This document shows positions 29,705 to 38,861 of a DNA stretch of 64,000 nt, piece after piece (position 1 is the first letter of the stretch; every line of letters starts with the position of its first letter). Location: contig JBEKRC010000004.1 of the NCBI GenBank assembly GCA_049997875.1, positions 8,928-72,927 on the forward strand. The letters are read 5' to 3'. The stretch comes from Minisyncoccia bacterium. GTDB lineage: Bacteria > Patescibacteriota > Minisyncoccia > UBA6257 > 2-01-FULL-56-20. The translations under genes were made by a program, and so were the position numbers. The notes under the pieces were generated by a model. The model was not told where the DNA came from. It saw nothing but the letters and a program-made list of their open reading frames with translations, and did not search any database.

Positions 29705-29752
29705 GGTTTTACGCCTTGGTTTCATTATAGCAAATAGTTATGCTTCATGCCC

Positions 29753-31861
29753 TCACGGTCGGAGCGCGGGCAGAGAAACTACGAACCGGCTGCCCCTTGA
29801 AAGTTCGCTCTCTGCACGGACGGTGCCGCCGTGCGCTTCTATAATCTGCCGACAGATGTCCAATCCAAGGCCCGTGCCGGAAGTGCCGTCCGTTTTGATC
29901 CGATAAAAACGCTCAAAAATATGCGGTAGGTTCTCCGGCGCGACGCCCGAGCCGGTGTCTTCAACAACAATCAGAACATTGCCGCCGTCCGCTTTTCCCA
30001 AAAGCGCTATCCGCCCGCCGCGCGGCGTGTGCTTAAGCGCGTTGCTCACGAAGTTCAGAATCACCTCTTTGAGCTTGTCCCTGTCGCCCGCAACGCGCGC
30101 GGGATCGCTCGCATAGGAAAGAAGTACTCCTTTATTTTCTGCGAGGACAATGCAGTCGTCGTACGCCTCTCCCAAAAGATCTTCCACTATAATTTCCTGT
30201 TTGTGAAGTTTCTCTTTAGAAGAATTTAATCTCACGATGGTAAGAAGGTTATCGGTCGCCCGCGACATCCGTTCAATGGTCTTTGACATCACTCCGAGCG
30301 CCGTCTTGCGATTCCCCTTCCGACTCCCTTCCAAAATCTCCATGTTGCCCTTGAGGATGGCAACTGGGGTCTGCAGTTCATGCGACGCGTCGGTGATAAA
30401 CTTGGCTTGCGCTTCCTGCATGACGCGTACCTCTTCCGTGCGCTCCGCGACGCGCATCTCCATCTCCTCGCCATAACGCCGCGCCTCTTCGTAAAGGCGT
30501 GCGTTTTCTATCGCCATCCCCGCCTGATGGGCAAGGACCCCAAGAAGCTCAATATCCTTTGACCTGAAAATATCGCCGGAGAGCTTCTTCCCCAAGAGCA
30601 TCACGGCCGCCGTCTTACCTCGCACCATAAACGGTACGGCTGCGCCAATTTTGAGCTTCTCCGCACACGCGAGCGTGGTGCGACGCTCGGTCTCCGACAC
30701 ACCTTGCCCACTCTCCCATCTCCCCTCCCATTCCTGGAGAAGAAACTGATCCGTTTTTTTCTCAAAAATATTCACGCAAACATCTTCGTACTCCCGCTCA
30801 AGAAACGACTCATCGACCCCGTGAAAAAACGCACGGACCTTCCGCTTATCGGGGGCATCGTATGAAAATACGCTTCTTTCCGGTTTTATCGTCCGCATAA
30901 GGAACGTGTCCAAGGATTGCAAGAGGACCGCAAGGTCAATGGTTGAATGCAAGAGCCGCCCGAGCTCCCGGACCGCGGCCGTATAATCGTAATCATTGCG
31001 GAAAAAGAAACGATCGGTCACGCGCTCAAAGAAACGCCGGAACCAGACGAAGCCGAACGCGCCCACGATGGCCGCCGCGACGTCGTCGGCCCATCCCTCG
31101 GTTTGCGTGAACATCCTCACTATAAAATCTATCCCGAAGAAAATGCACGCAATGAGGCCGATGGAAAACGCGTACAGGAGCCCGCGCTGGACAACGATGC
31201 GGATATCCATGAACTGATGCCGCACGATGGCATACGCCGTGCTTGCAATAAAGACGATGGAAAAGAGCGGGCCGAGAAGATTGAATTCCACGATACCAAA
31301 AAGAGGAAGAAATGTATTGGAAAGGAACGCGAGGAAAAGGAATGCGCACGCGCCCGCCGCGAAATAGCGCATCTGCACGCGATGGATGCCGCGGAGGCAG
31401 CGGTACTTCCGAACCATCGTAACGATGCTCCATGCGATGTAAGCGCCGACCACGAACCCGAAAAGCGGGAAGAGCGGGCCATGCTGAGGTTCCAGATATC
31501 CCGCAGCATTGAACCGAGCGGCGCGAATGAACGCGCCGAACGGCGTAAGCAATACGAGGCCGAACCACGGCAAGAGCAAAAACAAGAAGCGCTTACGAAG
31601 AGGCCTGCTTTCGGGGAAAACTTCCGCAAGTAAAACAAAACCCAGGACCACGATCTCGCCGCTCCAGAATGCGGCGATCGCGGGCCAAAATTGTCCCGTG
31701 AGAGGAACGAGCATCATGCTCGCGCTCCACCCCACGATGCCGAGCGTGAAAACGAAGAATGAGCGATGGACGATCCCCCGCGGATTTTTCAGGAACACAT
31801 ATATGCCGATGCCGAGATTGAGGCCGTCTATGACGATGTGCGTGACAAGTTCCAAAAGCAT
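29753..31861 (-). CDS. Membrane sensor histidine kinase (7TM-type N-terminus, GAF, HisKA, HATPase)
   Basis: ~9 TM N-terminus ending YAIVRHQFMDIR, GAF end AIENARLY, H-box ASHELQTP, N-box NFVSNALKHT, DTGSG, GTGLGL. Confidence 0.93.
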   Translation of the reverse strand: MLLELVTHIVIDGLNLGIGIYVFLKNPRGIVHRSFFVFTLGIVGWSASMMLVPLTGQFWPAIAAFWSGEIVVLGFVLLAEVFPESRPLRKRFLFLLLPWFGLVLLTPFGAFIRAARFNAAGYLEPQHGPLFPLFGFVVGAYIAWSIVTMVRKYRCLRGIHRVQMRYFAAGACAFLFLAFLSNTFLPLFGIVEFNLLGPLFSIVFIASTAYAIVRHQFMDIRIVVQRGLLYAFSIGLIACIFFGIDFIVRMFTQTEGWADDVAAAIVGAFGFVWFRRFFERVTDRFFFRNDYDYTAAVRELGRLLHSTIDLAVLLQSLDTFLMRTIKPERSVFSYDAPDKRKVRAFFHGVDESFLEREYEDVCVNIFEKKTDQFLLQEWEGRWESGQGVSETERRTTLACAEKLKIGAAVPFMVRGKTAAVMLLGKKLSGDIFRSKDIELLGVLAHQAGMAIENARLYEEARRYGEEMEMRVAERTEEVRVMQEAQAKFITDASHELQTPVAILKGNMEILEGSRKGNRKTALGVMSKTIERMSRATDNLLTIVRLNSSKEKLHKQEIIVEDLLGEAYDDCIVLAENKGVLLSYASDPARVAGDRDKLKEVILNFVSNALKHTPRGGRIALLGKADGGNVLIVVEDTGSGVAPENLPHIFERFYRIKTDGTSGTGLGLDICRQIIEAHGGTVRAESELSRGSRFVVSLPALRP

Positions 31862-31889
31862 TGTATTAAAGATACCAAATTGATTGGCA

Positions 31890-31919
31890 AATCGGCTCCG
31901 ACATGTGCCGGAGCCGATT
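31890..31919. terminator. 11-bp hairpin between acyltransferase and kinase genes
   Basis: AATCGGCTCCG-8nt-CGGAGCCGATT; a separate TGnTATCTT-7nt-ATG precedes the kinase. Confidence 0.6.
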
Positions 31920-31924
31920 GATCA

Positions 31925-32500
31925 TTATGGCGGAGAAAAACGAACCTTCCCTTGCGCGATAAGCGTTTCCGTCCTCCCGCGAAGTACGCGTTCGGCGGAA
32001 AGGAGCGCAATGGCGGCAGGGATAGGAGCGGGAGGCAGAAGATAGTAAGGACGAACACTTTTGGGAATTCGCTCCAAAACGGGCCTCCCCGAAAGCCTGA
32101 AGATCCGGATGCCCATGCGCGAGAATCGCCGCGCAACCTGCGGTTTGATCTCCCCTATGCCCCATTCGCGGCCTTTACAGATGGCGTACTGAATTGCGGT
32201 ATATACGAGTGCCTCGGAAAGCTCCGGTACCGTGGTGACCCAGCGCCCCAATTGCGCAACTTTCGCGCGATCGAACACGCCCGGGAATGATCCGTAATCC
32301 AGCGTGTATGTTTCTTCAAGAGGAAGCGGCTCCCCCGCGCTCAAGGAAAGCGCCATGGCTCCCACAAGTTCGCCATCACGCCATCCCACGAACACAAGCT
32401 CCGGCAATTCGTGAGGATCGCAACGATATTGTATATGCATCGCTTGCTGGACGAACAAGGCAACCTTGTTTCTTTCATATTCGTTCATTCGGCGTATCAT
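31925..32500 (-). CDS. GNAT-fold N-acyltransferase (FeeM / LuxI / thermostable-hemolysin-like)
   Basis: ELVGAMAL...PLPLEETY...RAKVAQLGRW pattern typical of N-acyl amino acid synthase-like proteins; abuts the ThiF gene. Confidence 0.6.
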   Translation of the reverse strand: MIRRMNEYERNKVALFVQQAMHIQYRCDPHELPELVFVGWRDGELVGAMALSLSAGEPLPLEETYTLDYGSFPGVFDRAKVAQLGRWVTTVPELSEALVYTAIQYAICKGREWGIGEIKPQVARRFSRMGIRIFRLSGRPVLERIPKSVRPYYLLPPAPIPAAIALLSAERVLRGRTETLIAQGKVRFSPP

Positions 32501-32506
32501 AATCAC

Positions 32507-33487
32507 TTACCACCACCTCCCTTTTACAACCTTTGTTTCCATCTTTGCGGCATCGAAATAACAGTAGCCCGGCATCTCGGGAATTTCTGCGATAACGCGC
32601 CTTATCCCGGAATTCGCAATGAGAGCGAGCAGCGCGCGATTGGCAGCGAAGCCGCAGGCGAACGGCGGGTTGGTTGCAATGACCGAGCCGCATCCCTCTT
32701 CACGCAACCGCCTTTCCGTGAAATCGCGGTTTTTTATCGGCGAATCGTCCGCGCAATACTCCGGCCATTCAGAGCAGAAGCTCCGCGTGACCGCGCGCAT
32801 AACTCGCATTACTTCTTCCGGTCGCGCATTCCGGCTTCGCATCTTCCGCTCAAGATCAACCGCCTCCTCGTACTCAAAACCGAGACATTCTTCCACGGTC
32901 ATGCTGCGCGGCGTGAAAAGGAAAAGCTGCGCGCCGAAGCCGACGGCGCTGCAAACGAAGACGGGGATGCCGAGCTCCCGCGCGGCCCGGTGCAACAATA
33001 TCCGCGAACCGATGCACCAAAATTCAATTTCGTCGCAGAGCGCGTGACAGCCGTGCAGAAAATCAAAAACGGTGTTCTCGGAAATACCCGTGGGATACGC
33101 AACCACGATTGTGTCGTCGGCAATCGCGCGCATCATCTTCGCCGTTTCAAGCGCTTTTGATTTTCCGATGGTAAACCGAGTTGCCCCAGACTGCCTGTTG
33201 ATGTTTGAGATTTCGAAAACCTCGTTGTCGGCAATGCGAATCTCTCCCACGCCGAGGCGCAGGAACGCTTCCGCAAGTTCGCCACCCATGCCGCCGCAGC
33301 CCGCGATGGCGATGGCGGAACTCCGGACGATATCTTGTTCGTCCTGCGTGATCCATCCAATGTTGCGATCCGTACGTTCGTGATAGTAGCTTTCATTGAA
33401 TTGCCTTGGTAAAAGCCGGTATGCAATCCCTTTGTACGCTGCCTCCGGAATATCGTGACAATCTATTGTGCTTGTTTGATTTGCCAT
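32507..33487 (-). CDS. ThiF-family adenylyltransferase
   Basis: RNIGWIT..EQ, AGCGGMGG, DNEVFEISNINRQ, GKSKA; SD AAGGAG before MANQTS. Confidence 0.9.
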   Translation of the reverse strand: MANQTSTIDCHDIPEAAYKGIAYRLLPRQFNESYYHERTDRNIGWITQDEQDIVRSSAIAIAGCGGMGGELAEAFLRLGVGEIRIADNEVFEISNINRQSGATRFTIGKSKALETAKMMRAIADDTIVVAYPTGISENTVFDFLHGCHALCDEIEFWCIGSRILLHRAARELGIPVFVCSAVGFGAQLFLFTPRSMTVEECLGFEYEEAVDLERKMRSRNARPEEVMRVMRAVTRSFCSEWPEYCADDSPIKNRDFTERRLREEGCGSVIATNPPFACGFAANRALLALIANSGIRRVIAEIPEMPGYCYFDAAKMETKVVKGRWW

Positions 33488-33641
33488 ACGTTTCTCCTTT
33501 TTTGACATACACCCGAACTTCAAGGTGCTCCTCGGAGGATGGCACAACACCCATTAAAATCCTCCCAAATAAAGATTAAATTTTTATTAAAAGAAATTTG
33601 CGGTTAACAATTATTTAATGTTCAGTGAGTATAATATCCCC

Positions 33642-33878
33642 ATGACGATAGCAATTGAAAACAAGGTCGGTCTGCCGCATATTCAAAGTATGCCGAAGCG
33701 GGAATACACAGCGGTATATAAAAAAGAGGGGCGTTGGATCATCGCCTGGATTGAAGAAGTGCCGGGAGCGCACACTCAAGGACGCACTATGGAGGAGGCA
33801 AAAGAAAACCTCCGTGAAGCGCTTACGCTTATCCTTGAGGAGAACAAAAAGATGGCATCTTCAAAAACGCACCTATAA
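33642..33878 (+). CDS. HicB-family antitoxin-like protein (short)
   Basis: YTAVY...IEEVPGAHTQGRTMEEAKENLREAL; start 33642 (TATAAT-6nt-ATG) or 33690. Confidence 0.85.
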   Translation: MTIAIENKVGLPHIQSMPKREYTAVYKKEGRWIIAWIEEVPGAHTQGRTMEEAKENLREALTLILEENKKMASSKTHL

Positions 33879-33895
33879 TTGATATCCTTAACTCA

Positions 33896-34432
33896 ATGCC
33901 TGGTCTTACCATTAACATTAGTTGGGAATATTTCCTCGGCATAATGGCGGCCTTAATTTTGGGCGCATGGTATACGAATGGACGTTTTACTGCCATAGAA
34001 ACGTCTATTCAATGGCTCAAAGATACAATCAACAACTTGAAGACGGCTAGCGACAATGCGAGCATTCCCGCCTATAGCTCTCGTTCCCCCGTGAGGCTTA
34101 ATGCGACGGGAGAAAGCTGGTTGCAAGAAAGTGGGTTAAAAGAATATATAGGCACTCATAAGAAAGATTTAACAAACATTTGCGAAGAAAAAAGAGAAAG
34201 CAACCCCTACGAAGTACAGGAGCATATTTTTAAAATGTTTGATACGATGGTGCTTGAACAAACTTTTGAGAATAAATTAAAGAAATTTGCTTTTGAAAAA
34301 GGGACAACTTTGAACGTCTTGAGGAGAGTAGGAGCTATTTATTTTCGTGATTTGTGTTTAAGCGAATTTGGGATGAAACAAGAGGATATTGATAAAAATG
34401 ATCCAGAAAAAGGTAGCGGTGCAAAAAAGTGA
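33896..34432 (+). CDS. Hypothetical protein with N-terminal TM
   Basis: 178 aa AT-rich ORF, TM then short coiled coil. Confidence 0.7.
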   Translation: MPGLTINISWEYFLGIMAALILGAWYTNGRFTAIETSIQWLKDTINNLKTASDNASIPAYSSRSPVRLNATGESWLQESGLKEYIGTHKKDLTNICEEKRESNPYEVQEHIFKMFDTMVLEQTFENKLKKFAFEKGTTLNVLRRVGAIYFRDLCLSEFGMKQEDIDKNDPEKGSGAKK

Positions 34433-34510
34433 CGGCGGTACCAAGGCATCCGGAAATCAATATCTTCCTCTCCAAAAAAATCTGTAAAGATATTCAAATT
34501 CCCGATCTCC

Positions 34511-35485
34511 CTACCGCCCGATGAGCTTCTTAAACTCCTCCACCATCGGCACCTCGTCGGGTTCAACGCCGTAGAGCTTCGCGGTGTAATACGCCGTCCA
34601 GTCGGCGAGGTTGAGCGCGGTGAATATCTTATGGAGCTCGTTTTTGCCCTGGAGGAGGACAACTTCCACCTTGAAGCCGCGGTCTTTGTAGAGCTTCTCC
34701 AAAACACTCATGCGCTTTGTGATGCGCCGGTCGTCGCCGCCGTCTTTCAGGAATACAAAGTGGAAATGGCGCGAAAGCGGCGCGGTGCGTTCCTTCGCGT
34801 CAAAACCGGTCATTTCGTTATGGTTCAGTTCGGGAACCACATTGCAAAATGCGGGAATTTTTCCCGTTTCGTTGAACTTTATCTTCCAGTTATACGCGAC
34901 CGTGGCATTGCGGAGCGACGCATAGATCACCGGCACCGATCCGTGCAGCCGCTTCGCGAGCTCGCGGCCACGATACTCTTCCCGTACGGGATGCAGCGTG
35001 GTCGCAAGTTCCCGCGCTTCCCATAGCCAGGTCTTCTCTCCTATAAGCGCGAGGGTTCCCATGAGCATAAGCCCCGTGGACATCCGTGGCTGTGCGTGGA
35101 AATCGGGGACCTGCACATAGGGCAGCTTAAGCTTCTGCGCAAGCGCGATCAATTTCCCGCGCGTGGCGATCACGGCCAAAGGAAGATGTTTTGCCCGCGT
35201 CATGTTGAATGCATCAATCGGCTCCTCGGTATTCCCGGAGTATGAACTTGCGATGACGAGCCGCTCTTTAAGATCCTTCTCATGGAGCGGCGGAAGACCG
35301 TAATTTGACCAACTAACGATATCCAACCCCGGGTGCCACGCCCTTATGATATCTGCCGCAAGGTGCGACCCGCCCATGCCAACTACTACGAACTTGGTGA
35401 ATTTCCGTTTCAGTTTTGCGGCATTTTCTACCTTCGGCTCATATGCGAACTGCTTCGCACAATTTTTGATATCGTCCAGCATCAT
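34511..35485 (-). CDS. Bifunctional phosphoglucose/phosphomannose isomerase (SIS)
   Basis: GMGGS, SYSGNTEE, QPR, FNETGK, PELNHNE. Confidence 0.9.
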   Translation of the reverse strand: MMLDDIKNCAKQFAYEPKVENAAKLKRKFTKFVVVGMGGSHLAADIIRAWHPGLDIVSWSNYGLPPLHEKDLKERLVIASSYSGNTEEPIDAFNMTRAKHLPLAVIATRGKLIALAQKLKLPYVQVPDFHAQPRMSTGLMLMGTLALIGEKTWLWEARELATTLHPVREEYRGRELAKRLHGSVPVIYASLRNATVAYNWKIKFNETGKIPAFCNVVPELNHNEMTGFDAKERTAPLSRHFHFVFLKDGGDDRRITKRMSVLEKLYKDRGFKVEVVLLQGKNELHKIFTALNLADWTAYYTAKLYGVEPDEVPMVEEFKKLIGR

Positions 35486-35522
35486 GCTTCCAGTATAAAT
35501 CTTTCTGGGTTACACTGAAAGC

Positions 35523-36650
35523 ATGAAACGGTGCATTCTTGTGGTCTTCGGCGGCATATCGGCGGAGCATGAAGTTTCGGTCGTGACGGGTCTCCAGGCC
35601 CTGGAAAACGTTGACACGGGCGTTTATGAGCCGCTTGCGGTGTACATAGACAAGGCAGGGAAATTCCTCTGCCTCCCCGGCCTCCGGGACCGCCGCAAGT
35701 TTCTCACTGCGGCGCGGAGGGCCTTCACGTTCGGCAGGGACGCGAACGGCGGTTTCATAAAAATAAAAGGTACGTTGCGGAAGATCTATCCCTATGCCGC
35801 ATACCTCGCGCTGCACGGCGGACAGGGGGAATCCGGCCCCGTGCAAGGGCTGCTTGAAGCCGTGGGCATCCCCTTCACCTCCCCTGACCAGGAAGCATCG
35901 GTCGTCATGATGAACAAGGAACTCACGAAGGAGACGGCGAGCAGGGCCGGCATTGACGTCGTGCCGGGGATGGACCTTTTTTCGTCCGAGATCAAAGCGG
36001 GCTCCGAGCAGTGCGCAAAAAAAATTGCTGCCCGCGTTGGCCTTCCTGTCATCGTGAAGCCCGTGCATCTCGGTTCAAGCATCGGCATCAAAATCGCCCG
36101 CACGGAGGTGGAGTTGGAAAAATCCCTCCTTGAAGCGGCCCTGATGGACAAGGAGATCCTTGTGGAAAAATGCTTGTCTTCTTTTGTGGAATACAACTGC
36201 GCGGTGCGGCTCCTGCACGGCAATATTGAGGCGAGCGAAGTGGAACGGCCTCTTCCAAAGGAGGAAATCTTGAGCTTTGCGGACAAATACGAGCGCGGAG
36301 GAAAAAAGATGCAGGGAGGCATGGCGTCGCAGAACCGCGAACTTCCCGCAATAATTGAGGACGTCTTGAAGCAAAAAATACAGGAACTGGCGAAGAAGGC
36401 GTTCGTCGCGTGCCGCGGCAAAGGCATGATCCGGGCGGACTTCATGTACACGAGCGACCACAAACTCTACCTTACGGAATTGAATCCCATCCCGGGCTCT
36501 ATGGCGTTCCACCTTTGGGAAGCGAGCGGGATCCCCTTCAAACAGCAGATTTCCGACCTCATTGAGCAAGCGGTGGAAGATGCGGAACGCGCAAGCCACC
36601 TGCATCTTGATTACAAGACCGACATCGTGGAACGGTTCGTCGATCAGTAA
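35523..36650 (+). CDS. ddl: D-alanine--D-alanine ligase
   Basis: FGGISAEHEVS, LHGGQGE, VKPVHLGSSIGI, ELNPIPG. Confidence 0.93.
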   Translation: MKRCILVVFGGISAEHEVSVVTGLQALENVDTGVYEPLAVYIDKAGKFLCLPGLRDRRKFLTAARRAFTFGRDANGGFIKIKGTLRKIYPYAAYLALHGGQGESGPVQGLLEAVGIPFTSPDQEASVVMMNKELTKETASRAGIDVVPGMDLFSSEIKAGSEQCAKKIAARVGLPVIVKPVHLGSSIGIKIARTEVELEKSLLEAALMDKEILVEKCLSSFVEYNCAVRLLHGNIEASEVERPLPKEEILSFADKYERGGKKMQGGMASQNRELPAIIEDVLKQKIQELAKKAFVACRGKGMIRADFMYTSDHKLYLTELNPIPGSMAFHLWEASGIPFKQQISDLIEQAVEDAERASHLHLDYKTDIVERFVDQ

Positions 36651-37999
36651 TAGAGGTCGGTGAGCTCCGGTTCCAATAAAAGCGCCCACCGCTCCGGCGG
36701 AAAGCGCTTCGGGGCCATTTCAATACATGCAGTGAGGTTTGCGACGACCGTGTATTTTTCTTTATCCGGAATGCCGCGGACGATGTCCCGTACGAATATG
36801 CTTTTGAGTACCACGATGTGATCGGCTTTCCCCGCAAGCAACATCCCCAAGCGTTCGTTCCCGTTCTTGTCCGCCGGCCCGAGCTCCGGAATCCCTGCAG
36901 TGACCGCAAGAAGTTTTTTCCCTTTTTTGCGCGCCAACGATTCAGCGGCTGCGATTCCCGCCTGCGCGGTCGGGAAGCTGATATTATAGGAATCGTCAAT
37001 GCAGTCGTAACCATGCCACACGGTCGCCTTTTGGCGGCGGTCGGGCAGTGTGAGCTTTTGGGCGGCATCGTTAATGAATCTTTCCGGCGCGCCCAAGAGT
37101 TCCGCAGCCCGTGCGGCAAGCGCAAGGTCGGAACGGGCCGATGCAGAGAGGTGCGCGCCCGTATCCGCCACGTCCTCCTCGCCGACCATGATCGTTTGTC
37201 GCCCGCCGAGCAAGGGATCCACCATGCGCGCAACGTCCGGCGGTGCGAGCAGTTTTGCTCTCGGCTTCGCGTAGATGAAAACCTCGCCGAGCGCCGCGGC
37301 CAGGCGCGGAACGCTCCCGAAACGTTCCATGTGTTGATGCCCGATGCTTGTAAGAATGGCGACGTCGGGAGGTACGATGCGGCAACTTTCCCTTATCTCG
37401 CCCGCCCGATAGGCATCTACCTCCGCGATCAGAATCTCCGTATCGGGACGCAAATGTTCCATGATCCATCCCGCAATGCCCAATGGCGTGTTCACGTTCC
37501 CCGCTATCATCTGGACCGCCGCATGATGCCGCACAAGTTCGTACAGGAAATTCTTCGTTGTCGTCTTACCGAAGCTTCCCGCGATCGTCACAATGCGCAG
37601 GCCATTCACCGCGCGCACCTTTTCCGCGGCCCGGCGTATGCGCGCGTACCTCACCGGCAGATAGAAAGGGATAAAAACAATATTCGCTGCGAGTACAAAT
37701 AGCGGCACCGCAAGCAACCACACTATTGCCGCGGCCGTCCACGCGAACCAAGCATGCTGGTTGAAAAACACGCCCGCAAGCGACGCAAGCCAAAGCGCAA
37801 GAGCGATCGCAAGGACCGCGCCGGCGCGTGCCGTGTAGCGCAGGCGATCCCGCGCCTGGATGTTGCGCCGCAGAAAAAACCGCGGCAGCCATTTTAAATA
37901 CCGACGACTGCTATAATCCTCCTGCTGGAGAATATAGAGAAAATCCCCGAAGGGAAAAAGGATATTAAAGGCCTTCAATGAAACGTTTGACGATGCCAT
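36644..37999 (-). CDS. murF: Mur ligase, MurF-like, with N-terminal TM segments
   Basis: IAGSFGKTTTK, NVNTPLG, IGHQHMERFGS, IDDSYN; start uncertain (37978-38029). Confidence 0.75.
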   Translation of the reverse strand: MASSNVSLKAFNILFPFGDFLYILQQEDYSSRRYLKWLPRFFLRRNIQARDRLRYTARAGAVLAIALALWLASLAGVFFNQHAWFAWTAAAIVWLLAVPLFVLAANIVFIPFYLPVRYARIRRAAEKVRAVNGLRIVTIAGSFGKTTTKNFLYELVRHHAAVQMIAGNVNTPLGIAGWIMEHLRPDTEILIAEVDAYRAGEIRESCRIVPPDVAILTSIGHQHMERFGSVPRLAAALGEVFIYAKPRAKLLAPPDVARMVDPLLGGRQTIMVGEEDVADTGAHLSASARSDLALAARAAELLGAPERFINDAAQKLTLPDRRQKATVWHGYDCIDDSYNISFPTAQAGIAAAESLARKKGKKLLAVTAGIPELGPADKNGNERLGMLLAGKADHIVVLKSIFVRDIVRGIPDKEKYTVVANLTACIEMAPKRFPPERWALLLEPELTDLYY

Positions 38000-38633
38000 A
38001 GAACAAATGGGGATTTTTGAGATGGGCATTGTGCCCCGCCCTTTCTATTGTTGTGAGCTTGCTATTGGGAATCAAGCGCTGCATCTCACGCGCGATGCTT
38101 AAGGGAACCACGTCATCTCTATCCCCCCATATAAGGAGCGTGGGAACTGTAATCTTCTTCAAAAGGGCAGTTTGATCAAAAGAAACCGCTTTCCGAAAAA
38201 GTTCTCCCATTCCTTTTTGCTCGGCCTCCCGCAACTCCGGATTACCCCCTCGCCCGCGCACGCCAAGCGTTTTCAAAACGTGCGCGCCTGCAATCTTGAG
38301 GCGTGTAGAAAACTTCGGCCGCCGTATGGACGGCGCGGCATAGAGGATCAGTCCCTTAAGCCAACGGGGATCCTTACTCGCGATATAACTTGCGATCCTT
38401 CCGCCGAAGGAGTGGCCAAGGAGCACAATGTCATTCCCTTCTGGGGGAATGCTTTCAATTTTTGACGTTACCCATTCGGCATATTCCGGGACGCCCCAAT
38501 CCGGGACCGTGTGCGGCTCGCTCCCGAAGCCGGGGAGATCAAATACCACCACGTCCCCCTTCCGAAAAGGAGCGGCGAAAGTGTCCCAGAATCTTTTATC
38601 CTGTCCCCAACCGTGCAATATGACGATCTTCAT
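37965..38633 (-). CDS. Alpha/beta hydrolase
   Basis: LHGWG, DLPGFG, GHSFGG, WGDRD, AGH. Confidence 0.9.
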   Translation of the reverse strand: MKIVILHGWGQDKRFWDTFAAPFRKGDVVVFDLPGFGSEPHTVPDWGVPEYAEWVTSKIESIPPEGNDIVLLGHSFGGRIASYIASKDPRWLKGLILYAAPSIRRPKFSTRLKIAGAHVLKTLGVRGRGGNPELREAEQKGMGELFRKAVSFDQTALLKKITVPTLLIWGDRDDVVPLSIAREMQRLIPNSKLTTIERAGHNAHLKNPHLFYGIVKRFIEGL

Positions 38634-38854
38634 TTTTTTGTTTTTATAAGCCTGAACCTTGGTACTTTTTTCCCGTTGACCCTAATCCTTTCCGCAAACA
38701 TCGCGAGCGGGCGCACCCACATCTTCCTCTTTCCATATAGCGCCTGATACACCACCATTTTCTCGCCCGTTTCGCTGTGTGTTGCGATTACGATCACCTT
38801 ATATCTATTACCTTTATAGTGTTGGTAAATTCCTGTCTTCGGCTTGCGATCCAT
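38630..38854 (-). CDS. DUF1653 family protein
   Basis: GIYQHYKGNRY...HSETGE..VVYQALYG...WVRPLAMF. Confidence 0.9.
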   Translation of the reverse strand: MDRKPKTGIYQHYKGNRYKVIVIATHSETGEKMVVYQALYGKRKMWVRPLAMFAERIRVNGKKVPRFRLIKTKK

Positions 38855-38861
38855 ATTGCTA

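Noticed and set aside
32507-33487. ThiF as a thiamine/molybdopterin or CBASS/ubiquitin-like E1 enzyme
   Set aside because: No ThiS/MoaD, E2 or cyclase gene adjacent and no C-terminal CxxC zinc pair; the nearby JAB protein is an ordinary full-length RadC
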